From: Zancudomyces culisetae HAW-14-8 | Taxonomy: Eukaryota > Fungi > Kickxellomycota | DNA length: 64,000 bases | Direction: 5' to 3' | Assembly (NCBI GenBank): GCA_052426225.1 | Contig: JBNJNM010000008.1 | Span: 62,001 to 126,000 of the forward strand | Part shown: piece after piece, positions 1 through 11,120 of the stretch | How the letters are laid out: every line of letters begins with the position of its first letter | Numbering within the stretch: the stretch's first letter is position 1 | The notes under the pieces: model-generated | What the model was told of the DNA's origin: nothing | Databases searched by the model: none | Seen by the model: only the letters and a program-made list of their open reading frames with translations | Program-made: the position numbers and the translations under genes

Positions 1-2550
1 ATTACTTTATAGCGTAGCTTAGTTGGTAGTAAAGTCATTTTTATTTATTTGGGAGGTATACTTTAATAAAGTATCAATTGTTTCCAAACTGATGAGCATA
101 TTAACTATAACTAGTTGAAAATATGACTAGCTCACACAAAGATGAATTTCACTTTGCCATAAATTTAATAAATATCAAAAAGATTAGTAGGTAAAAAATC
201 CCATATAATATCTACTATGTAATTCTTTGTCGACTTTCTAGAAGATTACATACCTACTGGTTGTTCGTTCAAAGAGAATATTCTATTTTGAGTAGATCTA
301 TGATAATAACCTTGGCTTGAACGATTCTATGTCAGAAACTCAGTATGTTCAGCTAAACTAAGGATAGTAACTTTGATCATGCCTACACTACCACTTTCCT
401 TCACTTTTTTTCCTGTCTTTATTATTTCCGGAACATGTTCAAAGAATATTAACTGGTCTGAAGTTCATTCATTTGACTCGGTAGAAGATCTTATTGCCTT
501 TTATTTTGTTAGAATTATATCTTCAACCTTTAATACAACTATTAAATTTTAAATTGTAGGTTAATTCAGTTCTGTTAATTTCATGACATTATACGTTGTA
601 TTTCTATTTAAAACCAAATATTAGAATTAATAAAGCATATTTTATCAATTAGTCTATATCCATGATTTAAATAGTCAAAAAAAATACAACGAGACACAAG
701 CATAGTATGCAGATAGCTTGTTTTTTCTTTTCTATTTCCAGTACAGATGTACGGTAAATGATGAAAATGGTGTGATCTGGTTTATATGATATTTGTATAA
801 AAAAATAAATACCAATTAAACGTATTTCGGTCTTGTGTATTATTTTTATTATCAATGTTGAGTAATGTACCAAAATGAGTTTGAATAGGAACCAAAAAAT
901 AAATTTTATTGATTCTGGCTAGATATAATGATATAAAGCTTGATTTAAAAGTATCGTTTATCCTACCATCCCAAACTAAATCCGTGGGATCTTTTCTCAT
1001 TTCAGTTCACGACAGCTGTATAAGATACTGTAATTAGTTTTAAATCTACAAGGTATTAAATATATTTTTATTATCGAATGAAACATACAAATTCTAATAA
1101 TATCAAAAAAAAACTATAAGAATTGATTATCTAGTTATAGCTAGAGTTGTGTATCTATATTTTAACAGTGCTTTTCTGATAGAATGGTGTTTTTCTTACA
1201 ACTACATACCAGATTAGTTAAATAAGTAAAGATAAAATATTTTAGGACAAACGAGAATATACAACTATCATTGGCATTGGAATTGATTTGTCTCCAGTGC
1301 GATAGAAATAAATTATTTTTAGGGATAACCCTATAATATTAAACATTCTTTCCGATATGAAATTAAAATCTACTAAAAAACAATTTATGCTAAAAGTTAA
1401 AAGAGTAAAAGAAGCATTTTACACATCCAGTACATAACTTTGTATGATATTGGTTATATGTGTTGTGGTTAATCCATTTCAAATATCTACTTATATGTCT
1501 AGCGTTAATTTCAAATTACGTTTATCTAGTCGATAAGGTACAATCAAGACATTTGCATTGCTAGTAATCTACAAAGAGATGGATACTCTACTCAAAATAT
1601 CAGACCAACAACCCAAATGATTTTCATTTAAACACTTTGAATTTTTGTGTAAAATTTAGAGGAAATTAGTGTATCTGTACCAACCACGATCAGTATGTTG
1701 TTATAATAATAGACTGCAGTGTTCAAATCAGTAGTCATTTAGCTTGAAGCTATTTTCTAAGGTCTAATCCACCTGTCGATTGATGCTGAAAAAAAATTTT
1801 ATAAGCATTTATATAGGATATGACATACTATTCTGCAAAAATCTGGTAAGAATTGTGTTGAATCATCAAACCTATCCCAATAGTATTAGTCAAAATAAAA
1901 CTAAACTCATAAATCAGCCACTTTTGTAAACCCTTTTAATTCTACCGGAATATATGCCACTTGAAAAGAGCATGTAAAGTAGATAAATTGAGCAATACTT
2001 TACAGGGGCATTATAAATTGCTGCATAGATTATGCAAATAATTTAATACACAATTTATGAGAGGTTAGGTGCATAACCCATAAGCTAGGAAGACCACTAA
2101 TTCTCAAGAAATAATAAAAAGCAAATCAAGCCAATTCATTTTATTTACAGTTGGTGGATAATTAAGATGCCACTCTTATGGAACAACTGCTACAAGTTTA
2201 GAAAAAAATTACATTGAGCCACTCGAATAACCATTTATTATATTAAAAAGAGTGGATATGCAAACTACCCTTAATATGGGTAGCTTTAAATGCTTGGATG
2301 TGGATTTTTATGTTATTCGATAATTAAAACCAACATAAACTGTTTTTTTTCTAAATGGAAATACCAGTATTCTTAAATTCATATATTCCAATACACTGCT
2401 AAACCTCAGCAAAGCTGGAAAATATGTACAGCACCATAATTTTGAACTTGTCATTTTACACTGTTGAAGTGTGAATTTGCGGATTATGACGCACTTTAAA
2501 AAACAAAAATATAAAGTATTAAGCTAGTTGGAATATTCAAACCAAAAAAG

Positions 2551-2558
2551 TATATAAA
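2551..2558 (+). promoter_or_regulatory. Putative TATA box of the LPMO-like gene
   Basis: TATATAAA about 170 bp upstream of the ATG at 2723. Weak evidence given the AT-rich background. Confidence 0.35.
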
Positions 2559-2722
2559 TCCCTGGTTTCCCTCCAATTTTTCAAGTACTTTATCAATTGC
2601 ATTCATACTTTGCATAACATAGTAGCAATCTTAAAATATATTTTTCAAAGTTGAAACTGCAGGTAAAACACCTCGACTGACAATAAAAAAACAACAGTAC
2701 AGCATATAGTAATAAATACAAA

Positions 2723-3535
2723 ATGTTTTCAAAACTCAATCTCGGTGTACTCGTAACCCTATTTGCAACAGGTGTATACTCCCACATGGCTATGATTAAG
2801 CCATGTCCAAGATTATCACCAAACAACTCGCTGTGTCCGGCTGGTGATCCTGTGGATTACGATATAGCTAAACCGATTGGTACTTCATCTGGAGTCGGTC
2901 AACCACTATGTAAAACAGATAAAAAATCTTCCAAAAATGTTGAAACATGGACAGCTGGAAGCACAGTAACAGTCAAGTTCCAGCCAGGCGGTGCTGCTCA
3001 TAGTGGTGGACATTGTCAATTTGCTCTGTCGTATGATGGTGGAAAGACATTTGTTGTGCTCAAAGATGTGCTCAGGTACTGCTTCTTTAAAGGTCAGACA
3101 TCTGGAAATAATGCAGAGGTATTGTCATATGATATTCCATTACCATCTAATCTTCCATCAAGTAACAGTGCAGTATTTGCATGGACATGGATAAATGCCA
3201 GCGGAAATCGCGAGTATTACATGAATTGTGCAGATATTGCTATCAAGGGAGTTGATGGGGGTAGTTTTACAGGAAAGAAGTTGTTGATAGCTAATTATGG
3301 GCCAGGAACACCAGTAGTTGCAGAATTCAATGGAAACTACGAAAACGGCGTTGATCTGCTAAATTCAAGACCAAGTATCACTGTCAATGCTGGTGGAGCA
3401 TCACCACCACCCGCAGGTAGTAGCACCTCTGCATCTACAAAGGCTGCTACTAGCACTCCAGTATCACCAAGCAAGTCAACCAGTAGTCCAGGAACCTCAG
3501 CATCCGCCGAGTGTTGTGCCTGTCCATGCAAATAA
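2723..3535 (+). CDS. Secreted AA11-like lytic polysaccharide monooxygenase (putative chitin-active, copper-dependent), 270 aa
   Basis: A 20-aa signal peptide is followed directly by His (VYS|HMAMIKPCPR, His1 of a histidine brace). Family motifs: HSGGHCQFALSYDGG and FAWTWINASGNREYYMNCADI. Ser/Thr/Pro linker and a C-terminal ECCACPCK. Confidence 0.85.
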   Translation: MFSKLNLGVLVTLFATGVYSHMAMIKPCPRLSPNNSLCPAGDPVDYDIAKPIGTSSGVGQPLCKTDKKSSKNVETWTAGSTVTVKFQPGGAAHSGGHCQFALSYDGGKTFVVLKDVLRYCFFKGQTSGNNAEVLSYDIPLPSNLPSSNSAVFAWTWINASGNREYYMNCADIAIKGVDGGSFTGKKLLIANYGPGTPVVAEFNGNYENGVDLLNSRPSITVNAGGASPPPAGSSTSASTKAATSTPVSPSKSTSSPGTSASAECCACPCK

Positions 3536-5758
3536 ATGTTTAGTTTTTCTGTTAGTTTTCAGTATCGACTTTATCTTTTTTTTAAAGTCTGCTACTTTAA
3601 TTCAGATTGTGAATATCGGATTTTATGTCCGCAGTTTTACCACTATTAGCACATAATAAAATTTAATAATATACCATTATGATTTGGTTGGAAACTTGCA
3701 CTGTTCTTCAGATAAACTCAGTTATTGTACCTATCTTATATATTTTGGTTTTTTGATCCATAATGTGTTTATACAACTGTGCATTAATCCATTTCAAAAA
3801 GAATAAAAGCAAAATAAAATAATTTCAAATAACAGTTTCTGTACAGCTCATTAGCCTATTTTAGCGATAATATCGCCAAATATGGGAAGAACAAAACCCA
3901 AAAACGAGGAAAATGATGAGGATTCGAAACAGCCTTCATTAGTGGAGAATAAATATATTAGTATAGCTTTTTTTGACTTTTCTATAACTGAAATGGGATC
4001 GTTATACAAATTCCGATATACAACAGTCGACTAAAGCATTAATAGTAGGAATTTAAATTATGAAGATTGTCATACTTACGGCTAGATTCTAATATTTTAT
4101 CCTATATTTTCTGTCGAACATTGTTTTTATTCGCCTACATACATATTTCAATATGTGAAGATTATTGAGAAAACCATAACTAGTACTATACTTATTCTAT
4201 ACCCCACTACTTTGGTAGCACTATGCGCGATATCCTCAATTCTATCATCTCCAACTACTATTAAAATGAATATTCAACTTAATTTGCACACCACATCCAC
4301 GTATTTTTTTTTTTTTTTGTATAATATCTATATATTACCGCTTCTTTTACTGGATTAAAGGCAACTAATCCTTCTTGTTCTATGTATCTGATTTTTTGGC
4401 GTATGTTTTTTAGTTTCTTGTAGTTGGTTGAGTTCATCAACGTCTCATTACCATTGAAAGCAGGTTATTTTTACACTCATCCAGTATAAACTTGGCAAGA
4501 AAATATTTACTGAATTTGCTAGTTAGATCTGAGGATTAGCAGTTTTCCTATTTTTCCTTGGCACTATTCTAATTACTAGGTTTTGCTGTGTTTATTTTTA
4601 CTTGTTTTAACCGCAATGCATAGACACAAAAAATTATACTTTTGGTACTAGCACTAAAAAAGGATAAATAAACGTTGGTATAGAAATAGTACTACTTCAT
4701 CATGTAATTTATCAAGTATAATAAAGTTTATAATCGTAATGAAAGAGTGTTAATTAAACAAAAAACCAACTTAGTACCAAGGCTCTCTCATCACCCTGCA
4801 TTCTCCAGAATATTCAAAAGCACTCATTTAAACGTAACTGAATCTCGGCTCTTCTAATTTTTTTTATTTTCCTTTCTTTTTTTAGTAGAATTATAGTCTC
4901 CAATGATAGCAAAGTAAATGATATTGCGGTAGAAATGAAACCCCACCAAAATGAATACCGAAGTACTAGTTTCATTTTCTCGAAAGTCTTCTTATTTCAT
5001 TCTGTTGATTATAGGGTAGCTCTTGACTTTTAATAAATAAACTGGCTAGGTTATCTTATTTTTTAAAGTTAATACAAAAAATGATCTACAAATTCACCTT
5101 TCTAGACTAGCTATAATAGAATGAATACAACATTGAAAATTATATTATAAAGAGTAGATTCCACCAAACGGAAAAGAGCCAGAGTATTAACTACTACTCT
5201 CATTCTATAACCGGAGTTTTCCTTATTTTGTGGTTTTTTTGAAGCTCAGATAGCGTTTAGCCAGTACAAAAAATAGATTGATGGTTTTTCATTCAGTCAT
5301 CATGGTTTTAATTTAGTGAAATGTCTAGAGTAGTGTAGCTCAGCTAAAGATAGCACATAACAATAACAACAGATATCCCTGGAACTTATGGATGGGTTTA
5401 TTCAAATAAACTAAATGTAAAAAGTGACCGAGAATGCAGTATTATTGCAAAAAATAGAAGTGTTCAAAGGTATTTGTGATATTGCTACTACTCTAGACTG
5501 TAATTTTAATAAACTGGATTTACTTCAATAGAGTTTCACTTGTATAATACAGTTTATACAAATTATTAGAATTCGAGTTCGTTATATCATGTATTAGTGT
5601 GAAAATATTTAAACTATCAGAATATCACCTCACTCAAAAGTGTGTAGAGGTAGGGTTCTCTCCACATAATTTAAAATACACGGCAGCATTCCACCAGAAA
5701 AAAAGCAAATACATCAGAGCAACCCAAATCAAATCAAAGAAAATCAAACAAAATTAAA

Positions 5759-6220
5759 ATGTTCAAGTCAGTCTTAGTCAGTGCCTTACTTTTCGGTTCA
5801 ACCTTAGCCAGTGCAGTAAACATGAGTGGTAATCAACAGAATCAGAACAATGATCTTGCTAATTCCGAATACAACAACAATCTCTCTGGCTGTGAATTCA
5901 ACGATATGCATCGTCGCTGCAAGGCCAAGAGAACAACTGTTAGATTGTACAAGGCTGCCGGTTTTGTTAATAGATACGAAAAGCGCAGTATCAGACGTGG
6001 AAAGTGCTACAACACAAGAAAATTCGGATCAATCAAGGTCGGAAGAAAAAGTGGGTTGGATAAACCAGGAAAGGGAGTTATCTTGGTATGCGGGGATAAG
6101 GATTGTACCGGTAAATGTCAGATAGTCCGTAGATCATCAGCCAAGACTATTTCCAATATATCCGAAGTTGTAGGAAGAAGAGCTATTTCATTCGCTTGGC
6201 TCAGGGTTAAGAGAACCTAA
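5759..6220 (+). CDS. Small secreted cationic Cys-containing protein, 153 aa, paralog of 10571..11017, possible beta/gamma-crystallin-like fold
   Basis: AAAATG start, signal peptide MFKSVLVSALLFGSTLA, N/Q-rich pro-region, basic junction RRCKAKR, and a mature region with CY...C-x4-CTGKC...ISFAW. Confidence 0.8.
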   Translation: MFKSVLVSALLFGSTLASAVNMSGNQQNQNNDLANSEYNNNLSGCEFNDMHRRCKAKRTTVRLYKAAGFVNRYEKRSIRRGKCYNTRKFGSIKVGRKSGLDKPGKGVILVCGDKDCTGKCQIVRRSSAKTISNISEVVGRRAISFAWLRVKRT

Positions 6221-8542
6221 TCTATAGGTTATAGATTTCATTCATCCAAATAGGCCATTAGATGCATAGTACTTTAATTTTTGCTACAGATTTAAAAAAA
6301 CATTACCTGAAAAATAGATTTTAAATAAAATCGTTTTATAATTAACTCAACTTGCGTTAAAATGGAGATCATGGTATAGAAAGACGGATATGATAATATT
6401 TTTATAGTGATTGGGTAGATTTTTTGTAATATAGGTATGAGTACTAGCCAGAGAAAGAGATAATTGAGTTAATGTTCTTTGGATAGTATTTAAAATATAC
6501 ATGTGATGGATCTTGTTACAGAGCCAATGACAATACTATTGAAGTAGGATTTGGTGGGTAGCACTAACATGTTTTGAATATATTTGCACAAAGGATAAAC
6601 AAATCCAGCACCACTACTTATGATCGCATTTCTAATAAACAGGTCAAAATCAAATGGGTTATCTCTGTGTTTTGAATCCGCTGAGAATGAGTATTCAGTT
6701 TTGAATACACAGATATTTAGATTATCACTATTGAGCTGTTGATAATAGATATCTAGTTTCTGAGGCTTACTTCTTGAGAAGAGGCAATAGATTATGACAA
6801 ATTAATTTTGCAAACAAAACGTTTTTTATTTGAGTCAGAGGGCAGATTCTGGATATATTACTGTGTTGACATTAATAAAACTACTGGTTTTAATGAATCT
6901 GTTTAATTCGCTGGTACACTCAATTAAAGATAAAAGTCTGCAGAGGTTACAAAAATCTATAAATACACACCACTAGCTACTTATAGTTCTATATTATTTA
7001 ATACAACAAGACATATTCACACCAACATATTCGATGTCCAAGATCCAATTGTCAGATTAACATGGGCAATAAAAAAATAAGATTCTTTGGTCTAACTTGA
7101 TCTTTGCGAGAAACCGTATACAATACAGAAAATTGGACAAAAAGTTCTAACCAGACCAACAATGGATATAATAATTACAATCATACGACCTCGTTTTACA
7201 ACGTTAGAAGTATTGATGTGAATACCCTCTGTATAAAAGAGCACTGGATAACACTTTTGCTAGGATCAACCAGACTTAAGTATGAATGAAAACTTTATCT
7301 TTATTTTAATATTAACAATAATTTCACCTACCAGAATGCAACTATGTGAGTACCATTTTATGTCTCTAATAGCATATTTAACTAATTACTCGTTTTTTTG
7401 ACGATCTTACCATAGCAATACTAGGTTGTTAAAACTGAATAAACAGATTTAAAAACTGTATACAAACCGATATTCATTTTTTCTATTTTTTCCCAATATT
7501 AAAACTAGGCTGGGCATAATTGTATGTGTGTTTGCATAACAATACCAGATTTTAACTTTGTCCTACTAAATATATTTCAATTTCAAAAATATTTACTTGG
7601 GTAACATTCGCCTATAAATAGTATAACTTTACCAAATAAAAACAGCACTAGTATTTATACTCCAACCCATACCAGTATATTCTTGATTCAACACCAATAT
7701 TGTTATTTTGAGCTTGACGCATAGTTATTCGAACTGAACAATCTAGATTTTCTGCTACTAGTTTTTCCAGATTCTTAATCTAGTTAATTCATCTACTCTT
7801 TTCAAGGTCAATTGTACCTGTCAAATAAAAAATTCAACTATATAACTCGGCTTGTGAAAACATCAATCTAAACGTATTTTTTAGTCTCATAAAATTAAGC
7901 TTCACAAGAATTACTACTCCAAGGGAAATGTTTTACAACACCCTGCATCTCACTCGTTTTTCTAAAGATATGACAACTACACGAAAATTGTAGTATTCGC
8001 CTTATCTAAATTTATATTTATTACGAACCAACTCATATATATGAATACCTGAATTAATGGATTCATTGAACTATTTTAGAGACAGATTGAAAAAAAAGAA
8101 TATAAAGCTAGTATGAAATAATATTAGATATTTTCACAAACCAATATTTCCATATCTTACCATACTAAATTTGATAGTGTTGATTATTGATTTAATAGTA
8201 CAGATAAGGCTTGAAGGTTTTGGATGGTAAAGATTTACGCTTTGCTTACTATGAGAAAGTTTAAAGTAGTAATTAAATCATTCTGAGCAAAAGAAATGCT
8301 GCTTTTCTCCAAACAACACAACAATATAGCAATAGGCAAAACCCTGTAGAAAAATGGGGTTAACGAAATACCTGTACACAACATTATTAACTCGTAATGC
8401 GTTTATTTACTATTTGTGCGAATATATACATGCATTCTAAAAAAAGGGAGCATATGATTGAAAAAAAGCAAAACTCATTAATTCTAATTTAAACAGTGTC
8501 GATTACTTGGATGCTACCACCACCATAACCACTTTTTCCAGC

Positions 8543-8953
8543 TTAGTGACGACCTCCTCTGTGTCCACCTCTGTGACCCCATCTGTGGCCGTGTCTGTGT
8601 CTGTGTCTTCTACCAAATCTGTCAAAGTAAAAGCCATCATAGAATGGGTAGTATGATGGGTATGTTTCTACACCAACAACTCCTACTCCACCAACTGCTC
8701 CAGCTCCGTATGCAGTGTTGACAGCACCAACAGCTCCAACAGCTCCAACGGCTCCAACTGTAACTGGTACTGCTACTGCGTATGCAACTGGGTAATCGTA
8801 CCAGATTCCATTTCTCCAGTATCTGTGTCTGTGTCCTCGGTGACCGTGACCGTGGCGGCCTCCATGGTGTCCTCCGTGACCACCGCTACGTCCTGCAATA
8901 GCGGTTCCAGCTGAAAGTGCTAATACGGCTAGGGAAAGGGTTAATGATTTCAT
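8543..8953 (-). CDS. Secreted Gly/His/Arg-rich block protein with Tyr-rich flanks and a central (VGA)n segment, 136 aa
   Basis: AAAATG start, signal peptide MKSLTLSLAVLALSAGTAIA, higher GC than the flanks, clean single ORF, TATA-like element upstream. Confidence 0.85.
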   Translation of the reverse strand: MKSLTLSLAVLALSAGTAIAGRSGGHGGHHGGRHGHGHRGHRHRYWRNGIWYDYPVAYAVAVPVTVGAVGAVGAVGAVNTAYGAGAVGGVGVVGVETYPSYYPFYDGFYFDRFGRRHRHRHGHRWGHRGGHRGGRH

Positions 8954-9026
8954 TTTACTTTTTTTGAGTGGTTGATAATTTGAGGGTTAGGTTTGTCTGA
9001 TAAAATGGTAAAGAAACTAATTCCTC

Positions 9027-9033
9027 TTATATA
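9027..9033 (-). promoter_or_regulatory. Putative TATA box of the His/Gly-rich gene
   Basis: TATATAA on the minus strand about 75 bp upstream of the ATG at 8953. Confidence 0.35.
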
Positions 9034-10570
9034 GTTTTTTTTTGCATTTTAGAATATCAAGATCCAAAACATACTACAACTATTGCTAATTTAGACTATG
9101 CTTTTGTTGTAAAGGAGTTGGGTTTGAATGCTTCTATGTCGAATTTTTGTTATAAATCACAACATCACCTTGATGGTTTATTGCGCTAACAACAAACCGT
9201 GAAAGTATTATTTTTAGTACAAACACTATTATGGTTATAGTACAGCCACGAAAATGCAGAACGTTTTGATTTATTTTGTTTAACAGCTAGCCGTCGTTTT
9301 TAATATTTCTAAACATAATTGTAAAATACATGCTCGTAAGAACAGTCGAACACCAACATATTTGACAAATTTCAATTGAGGTATAAATATGTAGAAGGTG
9401 AGCAAATGATAAAAGTAAAATAATAAGTAAAATAAAATGATAACAAGCATTCCGGAAAAAAGAAAAGAATTGAGAACAAATATTGTTACAGGTTTTACAA
9501 AAGAAAAGTGTTCTAGCACTGTAAGTACAATACAGTTATTGTAAATTTGCTTCAAACGAACAATAGGAACATATAGATAACAATACAATTAAATTTTTTT
9601 ATTGTATATTTACAAAATATTGTTTTTCTGACTGAGTAATATTTATCTAGATATCAAAAAGTTCATAAAAAAACAATCAACTAAACTAAGTTCATCGCAC
9701 CTTCATCCCAACTTTCTAGAATACTCGGTACCTGAGGGATATTAGTTCAAGCGGAGTGGGACTACACTTAATGCTTTTCACTGCTAGGTAACAAGGTGAA
9801 AAAGACTTTGTTCAGAAACCTGCATGTGGAATCCACTTCTTTAGCTCAAGAGGTCTTAGTATCCCTAATAATTCCAGAAAGCTTAAGGTTTAACTCTTTC
9901 CTCCAGAAGCTTATCTATGATTTTCCTGCAAAACTCACTATACTCGAAAAATGTGTTAGTCAAAAGAGAACCAAAAATCTATAGATTCAGCAAGTAAATC
10001 ATTTCCGTTTTCATCCTGTAATATTGAACTTAAAAGCATTGATTTGGTTGGTTGAAACTATGCTTATTATTATAGATGAACAAACACAATTATCCACACT
10101 TATTTTCTGCCCGATTAACTCAAATAATTGAAATTGAGTTAAAACAACTAGATTATCAATTTAAATCTTATTTTAAATATACTTTTTTCATTTTAAAGCA
10201 AACTATATTTGATATTTTTAATTCGCACGTCATTATGTATTAGATTTTGAACCCAACTTCATTATTACATCTTGTGTGTTTTGTCCAAAACTATTTTTAA
10301 AACTAATCGAAAAAAATGAGTATCTAGAAAACTATTTTATTAATTAATAGAGTAATACACACAATACTGTGTCTGGTGATTGTGAGACTTCTGATTGAAT
10401 TTATTTTGAATTAAACGATTGATTTGAAAATATCTCTCTAACCTCAATCTGAAGTTAATATTGGAAACCACACTTAAATTGAAAAGTTGATTAATGTATG
10501 TAATTTATTTATCTAAATATTCTAATTAAACTACATAACTCAAAAGCGGTAGCAGCTATTGCTTCAAAAT

Positions 10571-11017
10571 TTAAAAGTATGGAGAAATCCATGAATAAGA
10601 TGTTGCACGGTTACAACCAAGTTGCCCGTAAATACCACTAATTTGGCTTCCTGCACTTCTAAGTGCGACAAAGCATCTACCTGTACAATTAGCCTGGTTG
10701 CAGTACAGCATGGCACCTCTAGTTCCACTCACACCACTCATTCTTACTGATGAAAACTGTGGTGCCGCATAGCACCTGTTTGGTTTGGCTTTGAAAGTAC
10801 CTTGGGGAACGTTATAGTTATCGTTGTAAAACAATTCAAGTGTCAACTTTCTGACTCTTCTGCGTCTGGGTCTGTACTCGTCGTCCATTTCATTGAAGTT
10901 GGATTCCAAGATATTGTTTTCACCTGATGCTTGTACATCTTGGTTCTGTGCATTCTGTACGCTGTAAGCAAAGGTTGAGCTAACTACCAAGGCGCTAAGG
11001 ATTACTGATTTGATCAT
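10571..11017 (-). CDS. Small secreted Cys-containing protein, 148 aa, paralog of 5759..6220
   Basis: Signal peptide MIKSVILSALVVSSTFA, N/Q pro-region ending FNEM, polybasic RPRRRRVRK, and a mature region with CY...C-x4-CTGRC...TSYSW. Confidence 0.8.
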   Translation of the reverse strand: MIKSVILSALVVSSTFAYSVQNAQNQDVQASGENNILESNFNEMDDEYRPRRRRVRKLTLELFYNDNYNVPQGTFKAKPNRCYAAPQFSSVRMSGVSGTRGAMLYCNQANCTGRCFVALRSAGSQISGIYGQLGCNRATSYSWISPYF

Positions 11018-11112
11018 TTTTTAGTTTTTCTTTTCTTTATTCTATTCTATTTTGAACTGTTAGGCTTTAACGGAAAGCAGATATAGATTTTTTTGTAAGA
11101 AAAAAGCAGCAG

Positions 11113-11120
11113 TTTATATA
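11113..11120 (-). promoter_or_regulatory. Putative TATA box of the 148-aa secreted protein gene
   Basis: TATATAAA on the minus strand about 95 bp upstream of the ATG at 11017. Confidence 0.35.

Noticed and set aside
10-80. tRNA-like start TAGCGTAGCTTAGTTGGTAG
   Set aside because: Resembles a D-arm/A-box, but no anticodon stem, T-arm (GTTCRA) or acceptor pairing follows.
1-2500. Short ORFs (667-873, 782-1000) and possibly decayed coding sequence
   Set aside because: No recognisable motifs, so a pseudogene or TE call cannot be supported by eye.
6500-7300. Slightly GC-richer patch with ORF 7104-7289 (similar patches at 9.7-10.1 kb and 16.3-17.1 kb)
   Set aside because: Frames are broken by stops and have no identifiable domain. 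They may be relics but this is unsupported.
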